DNA of 32,000 nucleotides from assembly GCF_017876815.1 (NCBI RefSeq), contig NZ_JAGIOS010000001.1, positions 480,001-512,000 on the forward strand, read 5' to 3'. The notes under the pieces were generated by a model. That model worked only from the letters and a program-made list of their open reading frames with translations. It did no database searches and was not told the origin of the DNA. Below, one piece after another: positions 20,451 to 26,759 of the stretch (position 1 is the first letter of the stretch; each line of letters opens with the position of its first letter). Both the position numbers and the translations under genes were made by a program. The stretch is from Sinorhizobium meliloti. Its GTDB lineage: Bacteria; Pseudomonadota; Alphaproteobacteria; Rhizobiales; Rhizobiaceae.

Positions 20451-20624
20451 ACAACTCCCCTCTTGATTATCGGCTCGGGACAGTAATCTTCTTCTCCAGT
20501 GCCGTTACGCCCCGTCTGTTGATCGTGCCGATGCGGAGGTTAGGCATCTTTCTCGATAAGCTCAAGGAGTTAGAGCGGTTCCAGGAAAAAAGTGGCTCGC
20601 GGTTTTCCAGCCCGAAATTCCCTC

Positions 20625-20785
20625 CTCTCACCTCATCCCTGTGCTTGTCACGGGGCCCAGCAGCGCCGCGTCTGCGGACGCGTAAGAGTTCAATCGGCCC
20701 AAGGACTTGGGCCGGCTGGATTCCTGTGACGTTTCGGGACTCGCGGTCGTATAACGACGTTCGCTTGCGGATTGCGCGCCATTTC
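20625..20785. repeat. Intergenic mosaic repeat, copy C
   Basis: CCTCATCCCTGTGCTTGTCACGGGG at 20631-20655. Internal perfect hairpins are CGCGTC-tgcg-GACGCG (20667-20682) and GGCCCAAG-ga-CTTGGGCC (20696-20713). It continues with GGATTCCTGTGAC, and the tail AACGACGTTCGCTTGCGGATTGCG matches copy A. Confidence 0.6.
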
Positions 20786-20793
20786 GCGCGGGC

Positions 20794-22206
20794 TCACTGA
20801 AAGTCGAAGACGCTCAGCCCGGTGGCCATTTCGTCGAGACCGAGCGGTCGGGTGATCGGCGGTTCGGCGCGCGCCAGGCACCCCTGCCGCTCGCAAAGCC
20901 GGCAGGCCGGACCGGTTGCGATCGCCGGCATGACTGCGGCGGCGCCATAGACCGTCTCGTTCGCTAAGGTGGCCTCGCAGCCGATGAGAATCGCCGTGCG
21001 CCGAACCCGTTCGTGGAAGGCGGCCTGCGGACCGTCGACGGTGCGGGCGACAGTGAGGAATTCGGTGCCATCAGGCATCTCGACGCGGTCGACGAGAAGC
21101 TGGCCGGGCACGGCAAAGGCAGCCTGGACGTTGAGCTTGGGACAGCCGCCGCCGAAGCGGGCATGGGGAAATCCTTGCGCTCCGGCGCGACGCAGCCTGT
21201 TGCCGGCGCTGTCGATCTCCATGAGAAAAAACGGAACCCCCGCCGCGCCGGCCCGCTGCAGCATCGTGAGACGATTGGCGACCTGCTCGTAGGAGACCTG
21301 GAAACGCACCGCAAGAACCGCGACATCGTATTTCATCCGCTGCGCGGCGGCGAGAAATGCCGCATAGGGCATCATCAGCGCATGGGCGGCATAGCGCGCC
21401 AGTTCGAAGCGGCCGATGCGCCGCGCTTCGGCGGTGGTAAAGCGGAACTGCTCGAGCTCGGCGGCAATCGCCTCGTGGCAGGCGATCGAAGCCACCTCGA
21501 TCGCGATCTCGCGCAGCCGATCGAAAGGCGACAGACGTTCGGAGATGAAGAGGCGCATCGAGTGGCGGTCGAAGCGGCGGCGCAGGGTGGGCATAACGTG
21601 CACCGGCAGGGTCCGGACCGCAAGTCCGTGCTCCCTTCTCAGCCAAGCCTTCATTGCGCCTGAAAGATCGTCGCCGGGCGAGAGGCTTGCATGCAGGGCC
21701 TCCGCCGCCTCCTCTATGCGGGCGAAGTGATTGGGCCGAGCCTCGAACGCCTCGCGGACTTCGTCCATCGGCAGCCGGGTATCGGCAAGTGCCGCCATAT
21801 GTCCCTCGCCCGCCAGCAGAGCGGCGAGATCCCTCAGACGCGAGGCCTGTTCGCGGTAGGCGCGATAAAGCTTGACGATGCCGCCGGAGACGTTCGGCGC
21901 CGCTTCGGCGACCTCCACCAGTTCCTGGTCCCCCGGCAGTTCGCCGGCAAGCAGCGGATCGGCAAAGACCTCGCGCAGCTGCGCAAGACCGCTGCCCGCC
22001 TCACCCTGAAGCTCTTCGAGATCGACCTTGTAGACGGAGGCCAGTTTCAAGAGCAGCTGCACCGTCAGCGGCCGCTGGTTGCGCTCGATGAGATTCAAAT
22101 AGGAAGGAGAGATGCCAAGCGCCTCGGCCATGGCCGTCTGCGTCAGCTGAAGGCCGTTGCGGATCCGCCTGACCCGCGGCCCCGCAAAAATCTTGTTCTC
22201 GGCCAT
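20794..22206 (-). CDS. XRE-family HTH regulator with a C-terminal ImmA/IrrE-like (DUF2083) domain; RamB/PrpR-type short-chain acyl-CoA responsive regulator
   Basis: 470 aa. The N-terminus VRRIRNGLQLTQTAMAEALGISPSYLNLIERNQRPLT is a Cro/C1 HTH. The long C-terminal domain ends in Cys-rich CRLCERQGCLARAEPP. The gene is divergent from aceA, as RamB-type regulators often are. Confidence 0.8.
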   Translation of the reverse strand: MAENKIFAGPRVRRIRNGLQLTQTAMAEALGISPSYLNLIERNQRPLTVQLLLKLASVYKVDLEELQGEAGSGLAQLREVFADPLLAGELPGDQELVEVAEAAPNVSGGIVKLYRAYREQASRLRDLAALLAGEGHMAALADTRLPMDEVREAFEARPNHFARIEEAAEALHASLSPGDDLSGAMKAWLRREHGLAVRTLPVHVMPTLRRRFDRHSMRLFISERLSPFDRLREIAIEVASIACHEAIAAELEQFRFTTAEARRIGRFELARYAAHALMMPYAAFLAAAQRMKYDVAVLAVRFQVSYEQVANRLTMLQRAGAAGVPFFLMEIDSAGNRLRRAGAQGFPHARFGGGCPKLNVQAAFAVPGQLLVDRVEMPDGTEFLTVARTVDGPQAAFHERVRRTAILIGCEATLANETVYGAAAVMPAIATGPACRLCERQGCLARAEPPITRPLGLDEMATGLSVFDFQ

Positions 22207-22240
22207 TGTAATTCCCTTTACAAACCAGGCAGATGATCCG

Positions 22241-22282
22241 CTTTGACATCTTTTACAACTTTACTTGCGGATACTGTCAAAG
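22241..22282. promoter_or_regulatory. Inverted repeat in the regulator/aceA divergent promoter region (candidate operator)
   Basis: CTTTGACA (22241-22248) and TGTCAAAG (22275-22282) are separated by 26 nt. The spacer contains ACAACTTTAC, loosely like the AACTTTGCAAA RamB box of Corynebacterium. Confidence 0.3.
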
Positions 22283-22433
22283 GCAAGACAAGCTAACCCG
22301 TTTCCGCCGGCTTGAAACAGGAATTCGATAGCGGGTTTCTGCAGCGCAATGTAAAAACTGTCACATGATCTTCCGGCCTAGAGACGCCATAAGACGAAAG
22401 CCGAAGACGAACCGATTTCACGAGGAGGCAGGT

Positions 22434-23723
22434 ATGACTGATTTTTACAAGCTCGTTCCAAATGCGCCGGAGGGGCGCTTCGACGGAATCGAGCGGCCCT
22501 ATTCCGCCGAGGACGTGAAGCGGCTCAGGGGCTCGGTGGAAATCCGTTATTCGCTTGCCGAAATGGGGGCGAACCGCCTCTGGAAGCTCATTCACGAGGA
22601 GGACTTCGTCAACGCACTCGGCGCGCTTTCCGGCAATCAGGCGATGCAGATGGTGCGCGCAGGCTTGAAGGCGATCTATCTCTCCGGCTGGCAGGTTGCA
22701 GCCGACGCCAACACCGCTTCGGCCATGTATCCGGACCAGTCGCTCTATCCGGCCAACGCGGCTCCGGAACTCGCCAAGCGCATCAACCGCACGCTTCAGC
22801 GCGCCGACCAGATCGAGACGGCGGAAGGCAAGGGTCTCTCCGTCGAGACCTGGTTCGCGCCGATCGTCGCCGATGCGGAAGCCGGCTTCGGCGGGCCGCT
22901 CAACGCCTTCGAGATCATGAAGGCCTTCATCGAAGCGGGTGCGGCGGGCGTCCATTACGAGGACCAGCTCGCGTCGGAAAAGAAGTGCGGCCATCTCGGC
23001 GGCAAGGTGCTGATCCCGACCGCGGCTCATATTCGCAATCTGAACGCGGCACGGCTTGCCGCCGACGTGATGGGCACGCCGACGCTGGTCATCGCCCGTA
23101 CGGACGCGGAAGCGGCGAAACTGCTCACCTCTGATATCGACGAGCGCGACCGCCCATTCGTCGACTATGATGCCGGCCGCACCGTCGAGGGCTTCTACCA
23201 GGTGAAGAACGGCATCGAGCCCTGCATCGCCCGCGCGATCGCCTATGCGCCGCATTGCGACCTCATCTGGTGCGAGACCTCCAAGCCCGACCTGGAGCAG
23301 GCGCGCAAATTCGCCGAAGGCGTGCACAAGGCACATCCGGGCAAGCTGCTCGCCTATAATTGCTCGCCGTCCTTCAACTGGAAGAAGAACCTCGACGACG
23401 CGACGATCGCCAAGTTCCAGCGCGAATTGGGCGCCATGGGCTACAAGTTCCAGTTCATCACGCTCGCCGGCTTCCATCAGCTGAACTACGGCATGTTTGA
23501 ACTGGCGCGCGGCTACAGGGATCGTCAGATGGCGGCCTATTCGGAGCTGCAGGAAGCGGAATTCGCTGCCGAAGCCAACGGCTATACGGCGACCAAGCAC
23601 CAGCGCGAAGTGGGCACCGGCTATTTCGATGCCGTGTCGGTCGCGATCACCGGCGGCCAGTCGTCGACCACTGCCATGAAGGAATCCACCGAGCACGATC
23701 AGTTCCGCCCGGCAGCAGAATGA
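22434..23723 (+). CDS. aceA: Isocitrate lyase
   Basis: Track ORF is 22365..23723. I start at the ATG at 22434 ([34 protein letters not shown]...), with GAGGAGG 5 nt upstream. The KKCGHLGGK active-site motif is present. Length is 429 aa. Confidence 0.95.
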   Translation: MTDFYKLVPNAPEGRFDGIERPYSAEDVKRLRGSVEIRYSLAEMGANRLWKLIHEEDFVNALGALSGNQAMQMVRAGLKAIYLSGWQVAADANTASAMYPDQSLYPANAAPELAKRINRTLQRADQIETAEGKGLSVETWFAPIVADAEAGFGGPLNAFEIMKAFIEAGAAGVHYEDQLASEKKCGHLGGKVLIPTAAHIRNLNAARLAADVMGTPTLVIARTDAEAAKLLTSDIDERDRPFVDYDAGRTVEGFYQVKNGIEPCIARAIAYAPHCDLIWCETSKPDLEQARKFAEGVHKAHPGKLLAYNCSPSFNWKKNLDDATIAKFQRELGAMGYKFQFITLAGFHQLNYGMFELARGYRDRQMAAYSELQEAEFAAEANGYTATKHQREVGTGYFDAVSVAITGGQSSTTAMKESTEHDQFRPAAE

Positions 23724-23834
23724 ACGAGCGGGACGCGCGGCACCCCTGCCCCGCCGCGCGTCCCCAACCAGACCTCGAAACTGAAGCGGGGATCAACGAA
23801 GTCCCCCGCGACCATCGCCCAAAGGAGCACTCCG

Positions 23835-24074
23835 ATGACTGTACAGACACGCGTCAAGGAACGGGCCGAGGAACAATCGTCGGCCATGACACCGGAACAG
23901 CAGGCGGCGATCCGCATGGTCGCCAACGACCTGCACCGCCTCAACCAGGCGGTCATGAAGGCCGTCGATGCGGGGGTTTCCGTAGAACTGGTCCGTTCGG
24001 CGCGCCATCACGGCGGCGACGGCAACTGGGGCGACCTGCTGATCCCCGTCATCGTCACGCAAGGCAGGCACTGA
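23835..24074 (+). CDS. Small hypothetical protein (79 aa)
   Basis: ATG preceded by AAAGGAGCACTCCG. Sequence MTVQTRVKERAEEQSSAMTPEQQAAIRMVANDLHRLNQAVMKAVDAGVSVELVRSARHHGGDGNWGDLLIPVIVTQGRH. I recognise no family. It is the last gene before the accessory region. Confidence 0.5.
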   Translation: MTVQTRVKERAEEQSSAMTPEQQAAIRMVANDLHRLNQAVMKAVDAGVSVELVRSARHHGGDGNWGDLLIPVIVTQGRH

Positions 24075-24238
24075 TTGTTGTCGTGCAGCGCGACGTCGCC
24101 GAGGCCGGCGATCGAAAGATCGCCGCCGAGAATCCCCGTTTGACGCCGTTGCGTCGAGAGAAGATGGCCCGCGCCGTCGTAGCAGGCGGTCTTTTCAAAG
24201 CAGCATTGAAGACGGAGTGAGTTCGCTTCACTACGGCG

Positions 24239-24856
24239 CTATGTAGGAGCCCGTTCCGAGGTCTTTTCCGATCCGGCCCAGCCGACCAGACCGACGCTGG
24301 ACCTGGCAGCGGGGATATACCGGTAAAGCGTCGCTGGCGAGACACCAAGGCGGCGGGCCACGTCCTCTACGTTGATCTCCCGATCAGCGAGGAGTACCTT
24401 CGCGGCCTCCAGATCGGATGCCTTCAACTTCGGCGGCCGGCCACCCTTGCGGCCGCGTGAGCGGGCCGCATTGAGGCCGGCGCGGGTACGCTCGCGGATC
24501 ACGCCACGCTCGAACTCCGCAAGCGCCCCGAAGATCTGGACCACGAGCCCGCCGCCGGCCTTCGTCGTGTCGATCGCTTCGGTCAGCGACCGGAATCCGA
24601 TTCCGCGATCCTCCAAGGCTTCGACTGTCTCAATGAGCTGCTTGAGGGACCGGGCAAGCCGATCGAGCTTCCACACCACGAGCGTATCGCCCTCGCGCAT
24701 GTAGTCGAGTGCGGCGGCGAGCTGCGGCCGATCGCGGTTCGCCTTCGAGGCGGTCTCCTCGAAGATTCGGGCGCACTCAACCTTCTGCAGCTCATCGAGC
24801 TGCGCGGCGACTGTGTGATCTCGCGTCGAGACACGGGCATAACCTATCAACGCCAT
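24239..24856 (-). CDS. Serine recombinase (resolvase/invertase family)
   Basis: 205 aa. MALIGYARVSTRDHTVAAQLDEL (catalytic Ser in YARVST), GDTLVVWKLDRLARS, ALAEFERGVIRERTRAGL, and C-terminal HTH VARRLGVSPATLYRYI plus a ~20-aa tail. The ATG (24854-24856) overlaps the end of the vapC reading frame. Confidence 0.9.
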   Translation of the reverse strand: MALIGYARVSTRDHTVAAQLDELQKVECARIFEETASKANRDRPQLAAALDYMREGDTLVVWKLDRLARSLKQLIETVEALEDRGIGFRSLTEAIDTTKAGGGLVVQIFGALAEFERGVIRERTRAGLNAARSRGRKGGRPPKLKASDLEAAKVLLADREINVEDVARRLGVSPATLYRYIPAARSSVGLVGWAGSEKTSERAPT

Positions 24857-25241
24857 TTTTCGATATCCGTGTGTATGAAATCGTCACCCTTGAAGAGCAG
24901 GGGAGCCGAGAGGCTCTTGGCGAGGGCATAGGCGGCACAGTCAGCGAGGTTGAGTCGAGCTTTCGAGTGAATGCCCTTGCCGAATCGGCCGAAGGCTTCC
25001 GAGGCCTCGCGCGCCTGTTCCTCATTAAAGGGGGCAACCTCGATGCCGTTTACGCTTAGGAAGCGCCAGAAATCCTCCGCGCTCTCAGGGCCCCGCGTGC
25101 TCGCAGGATCATCGCGGTTTCATGTGCGTTGACCGCCGACATGACAAGCTGGTCGGCTGACGCCATAGCGTCAGCGAGCGGTAGGGCGTCGTCTTCTGCT
25201 TGGAAGATCGCGACAACGGCTGACGAATCTACGACCATCAT
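24847..25241 (-). pseudogene. vapC: PIN-domain toxin VapC, interrupted by a 1-nt frameshift
   Basis: Frame 1 (track ORF 25056..25241) reads MMVVDSSAVVAIFQAEDDALPLADAMASADQLVMSAVNAHETAMILRARG, then goes out of frame to a stop. My translation of the adjacent frame continues PESAEDFWRFLSVNGIEVAPFNEEQAREASEAFGRFGKGIHSKARLNLADCAAYALAKSLSAPLLFKGDDFIHTDIEKWR-stop (TGA 24847-24849). The total of 395 nt is not divisible by 3. The shift maps to the GGGCCCC run at 25088-25094. Confidence 0.8.
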
Positions 25242-25489
25242 AGGGCGTTCAAATCGTCAGCTATTTCCTGCGGGCTACGTGGGTCGAGGACCGGCCGAGC
25301 GGCGACCTTCTTACCGAAGGCGAGCATTTCGGCGGCCGTCATCCGGCGCTTCGCCGACAACTCGTCGGAGACGCCGAGCGCCTTGGCCTCGCGTTCGAGC
25401 GCGGCCCGGATCAGGTCTTCAGGTTTGCGGCCAACCCGGGCTGCAACCCTGCGCGCGAGCTGTTCAGTATCGTGGGTGAGCCGCAACAT
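25238..25489 (-). CDS. vapB: VapB-type antitoxin (Rv0623/PSK-transcription-factor-like)
   Basis: I start at the ATG at 25489: MLRLTHDTEQLARRVAARVGRKPEDLIRAALEREAKALGVSDELSAKRRMTAAEMLAFGKKVAARPVLDPRSPQEIADDLNAL (83 aa). The stop TGA (25238-25240) overlaps the vapC ATG (25239-25241) in an ATGA arrangement. Confidence 0.7.
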   Translation of the reverse strand: MLRLTHDTEQLARRVAARVGRKPEDLIRAALEREAKALGVSDELSAKRRMTAAEMLAFGKKVAARPVLDPRSPQEIADDLNAL

Positions 25490-25496
25490 TGGCTTC

Positions 25497-25561
25497 TCTC
25501 TCAAAAGTCGCGAATATGTAGCATGTTTTGAGAGATCGAAACAAGCAAGCGTTTTGAGAGA
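25497..25561. promoter_or_regulatory. Three copies of TTTTGAGAGA upstream of vapB (operator or res-like subsites)
   Basis: TCTCTCAAAA at 25497-25506 is inverted relative to TTTTGAGAGA at 25526-25535, with a 19-nt spacer. GTTTTGAGAGA recurs directly at 25551-25561. A possible TTGTTT-N18-TACATA promoter lies on the minus strand in the same stretch. Confidence 0.4.
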
Positions 25562-25929
25562 CAAAGGCTTGTGCTTCGATGCCCGTCGGGATGTCCGCGA
25601 AGTCGTTCAATGCTTCATGGAGGAAGCTCATCGCGGCGGTGTAGTCCTGCGGCCACGCCGACTGCGCTGTCGCGTAGTCGTAGAGCGGGAGGTTCGACAA
25701 GGCCGTTTCGGCGTTCAGAAGCGTGTTGCGATGTTCACTGGAGCCGCTGTCGAGTTGCCCGAACACGGTTTGGCCGTCGACATAGATCGGCCCCACGTAA
25801 CTCTGCTGCGTCTTCGCATCGTAGGAATAGATGTCCTGCACGGCGGCGAGGCACGACCTCGTCCTTCGCGGCGAGGCGGATGGAGCCGCCGCTGCCGAGC
25901 GCCGTGCCTACGAGGACCGCGCTGTCGCC
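25560..25929 (-). pseudogene. Orphan, chimeric, frameshifted cdiA fragment
   Basis: By hand alignment, 25560-25806 matches 27717-27963 (7 mismatches in about 247 nt). Also by hand, 25804-25929 matches 29650-29771 (about 7 mismatches plus a 1-nt insertion). The encoded ...AAKDEVV / QDIYSYDAKTQ-QSYVGPIYVDGQTVFGQLDSGSSEHRNTLLNAETALSNLPLYDYATAQSAWPQDYTAAMSFLHEALNDFADIPTGIEAQAFV then diverges into the vapB promoter. Confidence 0.85.
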
Positions 25930-26201
25930 AGCTTGACGATCAGCAGTTCACCCCTAACGTCTCAACATTAGCCATTGGCACGCGCAAGAGGTGCCCAGGT
26001 GGTCTCAGCTATTCGAGCCGGCACACTGAGTTAACCGGCGCCCGCACGCTGCTACGTTCATCGCGTAGCTGCTCGCGCCGTCTTCCGGAAAAGGTCGTTC
26101 TGGACAGAAACTTTAAGGTCACCGCAGCCCGCCCGCACTGATCCGTTTCGAGCCCAGAAACAGGGACACCGCCCAGCAGGAACGCACGGACGAGGTGAAC
26201 C

Positions 26202-26756
26202 TCAGGCTTTCTCCAATGCAATATCAATGGCACGGTCGATCATCTCAGGCTTGATCATCGGCACAAAATTTAAACGTTTTCCCCTCCTGAATATCTCCTG
26301 GTAATCCATTAACGTGCTGAAATCGCCCAAATATGCCAAAGCGGTCAAATGTTTCAACTGAGATTGGCCATTATCGGGCGGAGGACCAGAAAGCGCCTTG
26401 ACTTCAGTAAAATTGTCCTGGGCTTGCCACCATTCGATTGCTTCGCGGCTAACCATCTCTATCTCTTTTCTGGAAATTTCGGCAGCTCGCCTTTTCACGC
26501 AGTTCTGAAGAAGCCACATGTGCGTTTGCTTTATTCCGGCTATTCTTCCAAATATACTTGTGTAAGATTTTAAACCAGAAGAGATGCCGAAATACATTGT
26601 CTGATCGCAAAGAAGCTGACGGATCTGAAGAACGGCTTGGAGCTCATTATCGCCCTCGTCCATGGACAGGACAGCATCACCTGATTGTTTCTCCCTACTT
26701 GCTGTCCAGCGGAGCAACTTGAATTCCGCAAGCGCCTTCTTTTCAAATGTATTCAT
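26202..26756 (-). CDS. cdiI: Putative CdiI-type immunity protein (184 aa, no recognisable family)
   Basis: The ATG at 26754-26756 lies 3 nt after the TAA (26760-26762) of the toxin gene. The protein is cytoplasmic-looking and helical: MNTFEKKALAEFKLLRWTASREKQSGDAVLSMDEGDNELQAVLQIRQLLCDQ... It is markedly AT-richer than its neighbours (45-47% GC in two hand-counted 60-nt samples). The function is inferred from position only. Confidence 0.65.
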   Translation of the reverse strand: MNTFEKKALAEFKLLRWTASREKQSGDAVLSMDEGDNELQAVLQIRQLLCDQTMYFGISSGLKSYTSIFGRIAGIKQTHMWLLQNCVKRRAAEISRKEIEMVSREAIEWWQAQDNFTEVKALSGPPPDNGQSQLKHLTALAYLGDFSTLMDYQEIFRRGKRLNFVPMIKPEMIDRAIDIALEKA

Positions 26757-26759
26757 GAT

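Noticed and set aside
23720-24220. 166-aa plus-strand ORF bridging the aceA stop, the small 79-aa gene and the island border
   Set aside because: It is out of frame over the better-supported 79-aa ORF (which has a strong SD), it is rich in Arg/Pro/Gly, and there is no RBS.
25383-26141. 252-aa plus-strand ORF, and the similar 27726..28253 ORF sharing MCFDARR.VREVVQCFMEEAHRGGVVLRPRRLRCRVVVERE
   Set aside because: Their similarity simply mirrors the duplicated cdiA segment read on the wrong strand. The minus-strand frames carry the coherent CdiA sequence.
26009-26233. 74-aa minus-strand ORF just downstream of, and overlapping, the immunity gene end, as a possible second immunity or orphan gene
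   Set aside because: It overlaps the cdiI stop region and has no RBS. Its sequence is Arg-rich and low-complexity, and I recognised no homology to anything else in the window.
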